From Rhodothermales bacterium (GTDB lineage Bacteria > Bacteroidota > Rhodothermia > Rhodothermales > Bin80): a DNA stretch of 64,000 nt. The notes beneath the pieces were generated by a model. The model worked only from the letters and a program-made list of their open reading frames with translations. It was not told the origin of the DNA and made no database searches. The position numbers and the translations under genes are program-made. Location: assembly GCA_965220365.1 (NCBI GenBank), contig OZ244823.1, positions 81,650-145,649 of the forward strand, read 5' to 3'. The stretch's first letter is position 1. Each line of letters starts with the position of its first letter. Positions 1-15,900 of the stretch are shown here, piece after piece.

Positions 1-142
1 AGCCTTGCAAAACTCCTAATCTTGGGAATATTTATTGCCCCGAGGATGTTCCAAAGCACTTTTGTGTCTGGATGCACATTCCGACCATGTGGCCCACTTC
101 AATCGGAATACGCAGTCTGGATTATTAGTTTTGCAAGAACCT
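1..142. repeat. MITE-like repeat, copy A (may continue off-window). It has 10-nt terminal inverted repeats ttgcaaaact (5-14) / agttttgcaa (127-136) and a 49-nt extra segment bounded by gtctggat direct repeats (66-73, 115-122).
   Basis: Manual alignment. Positions 1-73 plus 123-142 match the reverse complement of 761-855, with perfect 21-nt runs (20-40 vs 814-834; 115-135 vs 767-787). Confidence 0.6.
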
Positions 143-261
143 CGAATGAATTATCGTTTTGGTGGGAAGAATGTCAAATACCCTGCAATACCTTGGAACT
201 TGAATACCTTCCTGGAAGTAGCAATTTCCGATGACACTCACCTGATCCATCTCTTACGCCG

Positions 262-675
262 ATGCAGCCGGAAATCCTCATTGCCGCAGCAGGCATTATT
301 GTTACATTCACCATCGCAACCTGGCGATGGAGTGCCTCACAAAACAAGCGTTTTGATCAGATGATGCAGGGGTTTCAAAACGAAATCAGCAAATTGCGTG
401 ACGAAAATAACCAGCAATTCGGCAAATTGCGTGATGAAAATAACCAGCAATTCGGCAAATTGCGTGATGAATATAACAGATTACGTAGTGAAGTACGCGG
501 CGAAATCAAAGAAGTACGCGGCGAAATCAAAGAAGTACGCAACGAAATCAAAAAAGTACGCGAGGATGTGCACAGGCTTGATAATCGGATAGCACGCCAA
601 GAAGGCCTGATCCGGGCTTTGTGGGCTGGAACTTTCAAAGGAGATCCCACGTCAGAGCCGGCTTTTCCAGAGTAA
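262..675 (+). CDS. Small membrane-anchored coiled-coil repeat protein (hypothetical)
   Basis: 137-aa ORF. It has an N-terminal hydrophobic helix (ILIAAAGIIVTFTIATW) followed by heptad/11-mer repeats (KLRDENNQQFG x2.5; EVRGEIK x3.5). No family recognised. Confidence 0.5.
   Translation: MQPEILIAAAGIIVTFTIATWRWSASQNKRFDQMMQGFQNEISKLRDENNQQFGKLRDENNQQFGKLRDEYNRLRSEVRGEIKEVRGEIKEVRNEIKKVREDVHRLDNRIARQEGLIRALWAGTFKGDPTSEPAFPE
389..564 (+). repeat. In-frame tandem repeats inside the ORF: a 33-nt unit x2.5 (389-471) and a 21-nt unit x3.5 (490-564)
   Basis: Read directly. gcaaattgcgtgaYgaaaataaccagcaattcg is repeated head-to-tail. gaagtacgcRRcgaaatcaaa is repeated head-to-tail. Confidence 0.9.
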
Positions 676-760
676 ATCTTATTAGAATGTCCTCTTCTTG
701 ACGGAAGGCTATCCCTACCTTGCATCGCAAAGCTTGTCAGGAAAACTGCCGAACCTTGGA

Positions 761-855
761 AGGTCCTGCAAAACTAATAATCCAGACACAAAAAGCGCTC
801 TGGGACACCCTCAGGGCAATAAATATTCCCAAGACTGGGAGTTTTGCAAGAGGCT
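761..855. repeat. MITE-like repeat, copy B, inverted relative to copy A; terminal inverted repeats tgcaaaact (767-775) / agttttgca (840-848)
   Basis: Its reverse complement aligns to 1-142, minus the 49-nt extra segment, at roughly 85-90% identity by eye. Confidence 0.6.
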
Positions 856-898
856 CAGTTTACTGTTATCTTAGTGCCGAATAGTAGGAAAAGAAACC

Positions 899-1671
899 AT
901 GTCTCTCCCCATTAAACTCGTCACATGGAACGTCAATTCTGCACGCGCCCGACTCGTCAGGATCCTTGATTTCCTTGAGCGACATAAACCGGACATCGTT
1001 TGCCTGCAGGAAGTCAAAGCTACGCAGGAAACATTCCCCTTTTCTGCCATCGAAGAAGCTGGGTATCAGGCATTCATCCATGGCCAGCCCTCCTACAATG
1101 GGGTGGCCATCCTTGCCAGAGAAATGGTGGAGGATATCCGAACCGGACTCGACAATGAAGCACGGGTTATCTCCGGCAGCGTCCACAATCTGCGTGTCGT
1201 CAACGTTTATGTACCCAATGGAAGACGAGTTGGGATGCCGAAGCATGCCTACAAGCTTCGCTGGCTTGACACCTTGCGTAAATTCCTGGATGTGGAGCGG
1301 GAGAAATATAAAGAGTTTATCCTGACGGGAGATTTTAACGTTACTTTTGACGACCTGGATGTCGCGCACCCGGACAGCTGGAGAGATTCCGTCCTGTGCG
1401 ATCCAGCGGCGCGCGAAAAGCTGAACATCCTCACGGACCAGTTTTCGCTGTCGGATCTCTTGCGTAGGTACGCCAGAGGACCTGGCGTATACACATGGTG
1501 GGATTTTCGTACGCGAGGATTTGAATGGAATGACGGGGTACGGATTGACCATATCCTCGCAACCCCTGACCTTTCCGAGCTCAGCAGCAATGCCTGGGTT
1601 GATGTTGAGGAACGTGATCTGGAGCGTCCTTCAGACCACGCACCGGTCCTGATGCGACTTTTCCCGGCCTC

Positions 1672-1675
<4 letters not shown>
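899..1675 (+). CDS. xthA: Exodeoxyribonuclease III (AP endonuclease, EEP family)
   Basis: 258 aa. N-terminus is KLVTWNVNSARAR...PDIVCLQEVK and C-terminus is IDHILA...SDHAP, both typical of Xth/ExoIII. Confidence 0.9.
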
Positions 1676-7042
<5,367 letters not shown>

Positions 7043-7070
7043 GATAGCAGATTATGAAGAAACTGTAAAG

Positions 7071-7439
7071 CTATTGGTTAGCCCAGATTGCGCAAGCGGC
7101 TCCCGAGGGATCGCGAATGACCGCGTAGCTCTTACCGGGGCCCATGGATCTGGCCGGGCAAACGACTTCGCCTCCCAATTCCACACAGGACTGGAGGCTC
7201 CTTTCCAGAGATTCCACTCGAAAGTAGGGAATCCAGACCGGCGGAATCCCGACATTCACGCCACGTGCATGACAGATCCCTGCCACTGTCTCTTTGCCCT
7301 CGTTCATCGCATAGTCCTCGTACCCGCCCATGTCAACAGGTTCTGGCTCCCACCCGACAACGTTGACATAAAAGTCTCGGATCTCCGCCGCACGCTCAAC
7401 CGTTAGGTCGATCCACAGTGGAAGTTTTGTTTCTTGCAT
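7071..7439 (-). CDS. VOC/glyoxalase-family protein
   Basis: 122 aa with a beta-alpha-beta-beta-beta type pattern (IDLTV...FYVNVVGW; YAVIRDPSGA). Confidence 0.6.
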   Translation of the reverse strand: MQETKLPLWIDLTVERAAEIRDFYVNVVGWEPEPVDMGGYEDYAMNEGKETVAGICHARGVNVGIPPVWIPYFRVESLERSLQSCVELGGEVVCPARSMGPGKSYAVIRDPSGAACAIWANQ

Positions 7440-8038
7440 AGATTTATCGGCTTATGGGGTGATGATCGATGCGGAATTTTCTGCAGTTCGCATCTTCCTT
7501 TCCAAAACAATTCCTGTGATCTGGTGACGCTTATATCCCAAGGTACGCACAATAACCATTATCCCCAAGGGTTGTGTGAATAGCTGTGGAATTTTCTTGG
7601 AAAAATCGTGCATTTATTGTTTGCATTTTGTTGACTATCAACACGAGTTTTTGCGGTATCCTTGTATCGTAATCAGCCACACTTTCTTTTCCTCTTAATT
7701 CATGCCAAACGCAACCCGATTCCGCAATCAATTCACCCGTAAAAATGGACATCACTCACCTTCCAGAACTGCCATTGCACTGGCCTCACTGACCGTCGAA
7801 CAGGTTCTTTATGAGATCGAACTGATCAGCGACGCCCAATGGATACTCGGACAACGACGAGGACATTCCTGGTACAATGAAGACGGTGGACATCTGGCCG
7901 AAGCCACGCAGATTAAGGCAATCCGGATTCCTGCGCGACGACACTGAATCACCACGTTCCTGACGAATCGGGCTTGTGTATGCTGGATCTGAATACTGCG
8001 CCGTTCCGCTCAAGGAGCTTGTCGGAAAACCTTCCAGC

Positions 8039-8434
8039 TCATGACCTTCGGTGGACAAACTTTACTGCGGACCAAGTCTCATCAATAGAGCAGATTTTTA
8101 TATCAACCATCCCGATTGCCCGTCCTATGCTCAGGATAACGTTCATGGACAGGTTTGTCCTTTTTCCTGAGCTTTTCTTTGGCCAGGAAATCCACAACAT
8201 ACCCCTGTCTGCCAAGGTTGGGAGCGCGATATCAAGCAACGTGATCAGCCGATCCTGGCGATCAGAAAACAGGTGAATGAAATCTGCTCTATCCACTGGG
8301 GATTCACCTGGAATTACCGGCGCATCTGCAATCAATGTATGATAGTGGGATGGCCGATCAAGCGAATAGGCTTGCATACCTTCCTTGAGTCCTAACTTCG
8401 CAGCCAACGTTGGAGAAGGCATGGATTGATCCAA
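8039..8434 (-). CDS. DUF3052-like protein
   Basis: 131 aa. LAAKLGLKEGM...GMLWISWPKK...IDETWSAVKF resembles DUF3052 architecture. Confidence 0.45.
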   Translation of the reverse strand: MDQSMPSPTLAAKLGLKEGMQAYSLDRPSHYHTLIADAPVIPGESPVDRADFIHLFSDRQDRLITLLDIALPTLADRGMLWISWPKKSSGKRTNLSMNVILSIGRAIGMVDIKICSIDETWSAVKFVHRRS

Positions 8435-8499
8435 TCTGTTTCATTTTTGGAAAAGTACGACAAATTGGTTACCATACGGGACAAATTGATTTTTTTTTG

Positions 8500-9957
8500 A
8501 TGCTACGCCTTTTCCTTTTTATCCTCATTGCATCTGCCGGATGCACCCAAATACAACAATCCCCGAATGTGATCTATATCCTTGCCGATGACCTAGGATA
8601 TGGTGAGCTTGGTAGCTATGGCCAGACGTTGATCCAAACACCAAACCTGGATCAACTCGCCATCGAAGGAATGCGGTTTACCCAGCATTACAGTGGCAGC
8701 CCCGTATGTGCACCAAGTCGTTGCACACTGCTGACCGGGCTACATACCGGACACTGCCAAGTCCGTGACAACTACGAACTGGGGGGCTTTCCAGACAGTA
8801 CCGAGCGTGGACAGCTTCCGCTGGAAGAAGAGACGTATACACTTGGGCATATGATGCAGGATGCGGGCTATACGACTGCAATCATTGGAAAATGGGGACT
8901 TGGAGGACCGCATTCTATCGGGATTCCCACGGAGCAGGGATTCGATTATTTCTACGGATATCTGGATCAGAAACAAGCTCACAACCATTACCCATCCCAT
9001 CTCTGGCGCAATACCGAATGGGATACGCTTGCGAACGGCTATTTTCATCCGCATCAACGGTTTGAAGGTCTGGATTTGAATGATCCGACAGCCTATGACC
9101 GTTATAAAGGCCCGGACTATGCTCCAGACCTGATGGCAAATGAAGCTGAGCAGTTCATCCGTCAACATGCATCAGAACCATTCTTCCTCTACCTCGCGCA
9201 TACAGTACCTCACCTAGCACTTCAGGTGCCGGATGAAGAGCTGGAACCTTACGAGGGTGTTCTGGCGGAATCCCCTTATGATGGTAGCATGGGATACCTG
9301 CCTCATATCCGACCTCAATCCGCCTATGCAGCCATGATTACCCGCATGGATGCGCACATCGGTCGCATCGTTGAGGTGCTCCATGAACTCGGCATTGAAG
9401 AAGAAACCCTAATCATATTCTCGAGCGACAATGGCCCCACCTATACTGGAGGTGTGGACACGGAACAGTTTCATAGCTCAGGTGGGCTGCGGGGCGGCAA
9501 AGGTGAGGTCTACGAAGGGGGGATCCGGGTACCAATGATTGCTGCTTGGCCCGGTGTGATTGCATCTGGATCAACAACCGATCATGTATCTGCGTTTTGG
9601 GATGTGATGCCGACACTTGCCGATCTTGTGGGAACTAATCTGGTGGCAGAGGTCAATGGAGTCTCCTTTCTTCCTGTACTTATGGGACAGGGTCTCCCAA
9701 CGCCAAGTGAGATGTACTGGGAATACCACGGCCGCAGATGGAATGGAGCACAAGCCGCGAGGATTGGTCCCTGGAAGGGGGTACGGCTGGGTGGCCATGA
9801 CAATCCCGCCGCTCCAGTGAGTGTCTATCATCTGGACAATGATCCTGGGGAATTGACCAATCTTGCCGATGTACACCCTGAGATTGCCCAGGACTTGCTC
9901 TCTCTTATGCAATCGCGAAGTCACTCAAAAATTGAACGGTGGAACTTCGCCGAATAA
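8500..9957 (+). CDS. Arylsulfatase (formylglycine/Cys-type), probable lipoprotein
   Basis: The sulfatase signature is SPVCAPSRCTLLTGLHTGH, preceded by NVIYILADDLGYG. Internal Met at 8500 gives a lipobox-like signal MLRLFLFILIASAGC. The ORF track starts at 8410. Confidence 0.9.
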   Translation: MLRLFLFILIASAGCTQIQQSPNVIYILADDLGYGELGSYGQTLIQTPNLDQLAIEGMRFTQHYSGSPVCAPSRCTLLTGLHTGHCQVRDNYELGGFPDSTERGQLPLEEETYTLGHMMQDAGYTTAIIGKWGLGGPHSIGIPTEQGFDYFYGYLDQKQAHNHYPSHLWRNTEWDTLANGYFHPHQRFEGLDLNDPTAYDRYKGPDYAPDLMANEAEQFIRQHASEPFFLYLAHTVPHLALQVPDEELEPYEGVLAESPYDGSMGYLPHIRPQSAYAAMITRMDAHIGRIVEVLHELGIEEETLIIFSSDNGPTYTGGVDTEQFHSSGGLRGGKGEVYEGGIRVPMIAAWPGVIASGSTTDHVSAFWDVMPTLADLVGTNLVAEVNGVSFLPVLMGQGLPTPSEMYWEYHGRRWNGAQAARIGPWKGVRLGGHDNPAAPVSVYHLDNDPGELTNLADVHPEIAQDLLSLMQSRSHSKIERWNFAE

Positions 9958-9969
9958 CCAGCCGGATGG

Positions 9970-12900
9970 CTAATACCGAAGCATTCCCTGCACATTCACG
10001 CCGATGTCTCCCGGTGCTGCATTGCGTCTGTGTGCCAGGCCAAAGATGGAGACGGAGAGCCGTTCCCACGGGCGGAGTTGGCCGCCCAGCCGGTACATCC
10101 TTCCTCCGGGCAACTGTGTCACTCCCATCACGGATCGTGCCGTCCCCTCTTTCCATGGAATCCCATAACCCAGTTCCAGATCCGTTCGCTGTCTGCCCGC
10201 CCCGATGGGTACCGCATCCAGTATGGTCTGCTGCCGGTACATGGACATTCCCTGCGCGCGTCCCCATGATGGGCGCAAACTCATCGTCAGCCCCTCGGAG
10301 CGGTTGCCGACCTGCAGGGATCCCGAGAATCCCCACTCGGTAAACCCGTCTGCAGTATGCATGACCAGCCCCTGCGTCCGCACCTCGCCCCGCAACCGCC
10401 ACGCCGGGCTTGCAAACCGCACGCCACCCCCCAATTCCAGCCCCGTACCCGTTTCCGCACTGCCACCATCCTGCCGCACATTTGCCTCTACGTAGGGACG
10501 TATGCCTTTGGTGATCTGTGCACTGGCTTCCAATCCCACCCGGACCCGGACCACCTCTGCCGTGATGGCATGCTCTTCAATCTCCGCACCGGTCACCAGA
10601 AGATCGCCGTGATAGCGGAGCCGGGCAGATCCACCAGAGGCCAACGTCCCCCGCATTCCCATCGCCCCAAACCGTGTCGTCATCTCTGCGTCTAACTCGG
10701 ACACCTCAGCCTGTCCACGTCCGGCTCCCCCGCTCAACCATACCTCCCAGCCCGCACGCGTGTACGACGCATACGGATAGATGCCCGTCAACGCAGAGGT
10801 GATGTCTCCTGACTCGTTCTCCACCTCAAACGATCCGTCTCCCCGGCTGTGCGCAAGCAGCACACCCGCCAGCCAGCCGCCACGCCAGCGATAGTCCGCC
10901 CCCAGCATTGCTGTCGTCACCTCGCCCCGGAGCGTCAATGGCTGCTGACCATTGAACTGCCGGAATGCACCCCGTCCCCACACACTGAGAGATCCGCCGG
11001 GCAGGAGCATGCTTTCCGACATGCGACAACCCGCCAGAAGTTCGCCCGGAGACGGATCCCATCTTGAATACCAGAGTTGTGCCATCTCGGCACGCTCAAG
11101 CGCCGTACACGCCGCCCCGTCTGCAGCCGAGCGGAACCGATCGCCCAATGCCTCCACCACCTGCACCGAAGACGTCCGCACAAATCGCGCCGCGTACGCC
11201 TCCAGAACCCGTTCACTGACCGTCGTTGACTCCTGGATCGTGGCCACGCCCACCGCCTTTTCAATCCGGGCATGCTCCGAGGAGCTCAGATGCAATGTGA
11301 ACGTCTCCTGCCCCCAATCCAATCCCCCCTTCAAGAGCGGCACGGCAATCATCGCCTCGGTCGTTCCCGGAGCCAGAGTGACGACCCCCGAAGAGGCCTG
11401 ATAGTCTTCGCCGGCCCTGGCCGTCCCATCCCGGGTCCGGTACTGCGCCGACACCATCTCACGCTGCGGCTGCGAGAGCAGGACCCGAAACCGGACCTCT
11501 GCCTCCTCTTCCAGGACCCGTGCATCCTCCACCCGCAGAGCCGCCGCACTCTGGTCATCGTCCAGAATCGTCCCCGTCCCGGTGCCTCGCGCAATGGTCG
11601 CATTGCGGGCATTGGACAGCGTCACCCGGAACGTCTCATCGTCTTCCGGCAGTTCGTCATCAATGATCGCGATCTCCACCACACCCCGGGTGGCACCCGG
11701 ATCAAAGATCACCACCCCGCGCGAGGCCGTATAGTCCAGACCGGCCTCCGCCGTGTCATCCGAACTCGCATACTGAACCGTCACCACCTGATCCGTCGCA
11801 CGACTGAGCTCGATGGGAAGTTGAAGACGCCCCGCGTTCTCGGATCCCTGCTGACTCCAGATCGAAATCGTCACGGGCCCCTTGTCCGTGATCGTAACCT
11901 GGGTCGTATGAGAGACACCGTTGTAACCGCCCCCGGATGCCGTGAGCAAAAGACGCACCTGATCCTCCTCATCATTGTCATCCTCGGCCGCCGTCAGCGT
12001 GACCGTCTGGGAAGTCTTCCAGTTCGTCGTCGTAAAGGTGAGCGAGGCCCGGTCCAGCGTCAACTGCGTCCCCGCATGGCCGGTGAGCGCTATCGTCACC
12101 GTGCCCGAAGGCTCTGCAGACAGGCGAACCTCAAGCGCGGACTGGGTCCCCTCTGCCATCGTCACCTCCGCCGGGGCAACAATCTCCGCCTCGTCATTAT
12201 CCTCCACCGTCACCGTAACCCGATGCTCAATCCCCGCATAGCCACCTCCATCTGCCGTCAACGTGAGGGTCTCTGAATCATCCACAACATCATCGTCATG
12301 CCCGGCCGTCAGCGTGACCGTCTGCGGAGTCTCCCAGTTCGTCGTCGTAAAGCTCAGACGCGTTGGAGATGCAGTGAGCTCCCCCGCAAAGCCAGAAACC
12401 GTCACCGTCACCGTGCCCGAAGGCTTCGCAGACAGGTGAACCCCGAACTCGGAGTCTGTCTCTTCTTCGATCCTCACCGCATGCGGAGCAACAATCCCCG
12501 GCGTATCCTTGTCGATGATCGTGACCTGAAGCACATACACCTCGCCCGTGTAATCGGCCCCGGTTGCACGCAGGGTCACCTCTACCCGGTCAGGAGAAAT
12601 ATCATCATCCTCGTCCGCCGTCAGGGTCACCTGCTGCGGCTCGTTCCAGTCGGAAGGGGTAAAGATCCGGGTGATCGGGCTCACGGTCAGATCCGTCCCC
12701 CGAGGCCAATCCATCGTCACCGTCACTGCGCCCAGTGGCTCGGAGGCCAGCGAGAATCTGTACTCCTCGGTGCCTCCCTCCAACAGCGAGATCGATGGCG
12801 ACGCCTCAATGCCGACCGCATCATCATCTTCGATCGTGATATCCAGCGAATCTCCAGCTACCATCCCCTCCGGCAACGCACCCACCCGCACCGTAAAGGT

Positions 12901-15900
12901 CTCATCTTCTTCATCAATCTCATCGGGCGTGGTCCGGATCACATAGGTCCCGCTCGTTTCTTCTCTTTCGATCCTCACCTGCATGGGAGCGGCTGCATGG
13001 TAATCCTGCGCATCTGCGCTGCCAGGAGTCAGCACCAGAGGGATCGTCACCGCGGCGGGCAACTCCTCGGACAGTTTGACCGTCACCGTCACCGCCTCTC
13101 CCTCAGCCACCGGGTTCGTAGAGGCAAAAAGATCCACCCGAACAACTTCTGGCGGAACCCGGTCCCGGATCGTCACCCAATGCGAGGATTCCAGACCCGG
13201 CTCCAGAACCGCCGGATCCAGATCCCCCAAAGAAACGATAAACCGCTCATCCTGCGTGTCCGTATCCGCAATCGTCACAATCTGCCCCGTGCCCTCTGTC
13301 TCTTCGCCGGCAACCGTCACCTGTTTTAATTCGATATAATCTCCCGGCTCGGACGTATAGGGGGTATACGCCAGTGGAATCGTCACCGCAGTCTCCAGCG
13401 GATTCGCCAGCGTTACCCTTACCGTCACCGGATCCCCTTCGTCAACTACCTCTGGATCCACCGACAAGGTCACCTCCACCGGGGGCGGATCGTCATCGTC
13501 GATAATCGTGATCTCGACCTCCGAGGGATGACCAGCCTCCACATCCGCGGGCAGTGTGCCCAGTGCCACCACAAAACGCTCGCCTCCCTCAGAAATGTTA
13601 TCCGGGGTCGTACGCACTACGGCTGTACCGCTGCCTGAACCTGAAATAATCGTGATCTCCGAAACCGGAACATAATCGTTCGGCTCCGCGGGATCAACAG
13701 CCCCGGGCCGGTAGGTCAACGGAATCGTCACCGCGGCGGGTAATGCGCTGGAAAGCGTCGCCGTCACCGTGACCGAACTCCCCTCGCCCACCGGATTCGG
13801 ACTTGCCGATAAAGACACATTCGGGAGAATAACCGCAGGCGTATCCAAATCTGTAATCTCGACCCCCACCGAAGACGGCGTGCCTGCCGCAACCTCGGAA
13901 GGCAAATCCCCCAGGGCCACCGTAAACGTCTCATTGTCAGAATCCGCATCCTTCACCGTCGTGATCGTGCCCGTACCCTCCAGCGAATTCGCCGCAATCG
14001 TGATGGAGGCCAGACTGCCATAATCCCCCGCCTCCGCCGTACCCGGCGTCAACGTCAACGGAATCACTGCCGCCGTGGGCAATGCGCGGGACAGCCTCGC
14101 CGTTACCGTCACATCCTCTCCCTCGTCCACCGGATTCGGACTTGCAGATAAGCTTACTGTAGGCGTATCACGGATCGTTACCAGCACCGAAGACGGCGTG
14201 CCTGCCACAACCTCGGAAGGCAAATCCCCCAGGGCTACCGTGAACGTCTCATCATCAGAATCCGCATCCTTCACCGTCGTGATCGTGCCCGTACCCGTCA
14301 GCGAATTCGCCGCAATCGTGATGGAGGCCAGACTGCCGTAGTCCCCCTTCTCTGCTGTACCCGGCGTCAGCGTCAACGGAATCGTCATCGAAGTCGACAA
14401 CGCGCTGGACAGCGTCGCCGTTACCGTCACCGAACTCCCCTCTTTCACCGGATTCGGACTTGCAGATAAGCTTACTGTAGGCGTATCACGGATCGTTACC
14501 AGCTCCGAAGACGGCGATCCCGCCGCAACCTCGGAAGGCAAATCCCCCAGTGCTACCGTGAACGTCTCATCGTCAAAATCCGTATCCCGCACGGTTGTAA
14601 TCGTGCCCGTACCCTCCAGCGAATTCGCCGCAATCGTGATGGAGGCCAGACCGCCATAGTCCCCCTTCTCCGCCGTGCCCGGCGTCAACGTCAGCGGAAT
14701 CGTCACCGCGGCGGGTAATGCCTGGGAAAGCGTCGCCGTCACCGTCACCGAACTTCCCTCGTCCACCGGATTCGGATTTGCAGATAAGCTTACCGCAGGC
14801 TTCTCACGGATCGTTACCAGCACCGAAGACGGCGTGCCTGCCACAACCTCGGAAGGCAGACTCCCCAGGGCAACCGTGAACGTCTCATCATCAGAATCCG
14901 CATCCTTCACCGTCGTGATCGTGCCCGTACCCGTCAGCGCATTGGCCGCAATCGTGATGGAGGCCAAACTGCCATAATCCCCCGTCTCCGCGGGATCAAC
15001 AGCCCCGGGCCGGTACGTCAACGGAATCGTCACCGCGGCGGGTAATGCCTGGGACAGCGTCGCCGTTACCGTCACCGAACTCCCCTCGTTCACCGGCGTG
15101 GTCGCCGATAGATGTACTGCAGGCGTCACCGGAGGCGTATCCAAATCTGTAATCTCTACCTCCTCCGAGGACGGCGATCCTTCCACAACCTCGGAGGGCA
15201 AATCCCCCAGGGCCACCGTGAACGTCTCATCGTCAAAATCCGTATCCCGCACGGTTGTAATCGTGCCCGTACCCTCCAGCGAATTCGCCGCAATCGTGAT
15301 GGAGGCCAGACTGCCGTAGTCCCCCTTCTCTGCTGTACCCGGCGTCAGCGTCAACGGAATCGTCATCGAAGTCGACAACGCGCTGGAAAGCGTCGCCGTT
15401 ACCGTCACCGAACTCCCCTCTTTCACCGGATTCGGACTTGCAGATAAGCTTACTGTAGGCGTATCGAGATCCGTAATCGTTACCAGCTCCGAAGACGGCG
15501 ATCCCGCCGCAACCTCGGAAGGCAGACTCCCCAGGGCAACCGTGAACGTCTCATCGTCAAAATCCGTATCCCGCACGGTTGTAATCGTGCCCGTACCCTC
15601 CAGCGAATTCGCCGCAATCGTGATGGAGGCCAGACTGCCGTAGTCCCCCTTCTCTGCTGTACCCGGCGTCAGCGTCAACGGAATCGTCATCGAAGTCGAC
15701 AACGCGCTGGAAAGCGTCGCCGTTACCGTCACCGAACTCCCCTCTTTCACCGGATTCGGACTTGCAGATAAGCTTACTGTAGGCGTATCGAGATCCGTAA
15801 TCGTTACCAGCTCCGAAGACGGCGTTCCCGCCACAACCTCGGAAGGTAAATCCCCCAGTGCTACCGTAAACGTCTCATCATCAGAATCCGTATCCCGCAC

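Noticed and set aside
190-761. 9-nt direct repeat accttggaa (190-198 and 753-761) as a target-site duplication for the bracketed segment
   Set aside because: The two copies are not positioned symmetrically relative to the MITE-like copies, and a single 9-mer match at this distance is within chance expectation.
7440-8038. Three overlapping 74-90-aa ORFs on both strands (7531-7755, 7702-7947, 7786-8058)
   Set aside because: They have no motif, no convincing start context, and overlap one another. I cannot decide which, if any, is real, so I left them unannotated.
9957-9970. Short hairpin agccggatggct between the convergent sulfatase and giant-gene stops as a bidirectional terminator
   Set aside because: The stem is only 4 bp, with no flanking T/A tracts.
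11272-13329. Long plus-strand ORFs (334 aa, 343 aa) and about 25 periodic 85-110-aa plus-strand ORFs between 13.7 and 22.3 kb
   Set aside because: They are antisense to the giant Calx-beta gene. They are Arg/Pro/Ser-rich low-complexity translations that repeat with the 324-nt period of the sense repeats. This is a typical artefact of GC-rich repetitive coding DNA.
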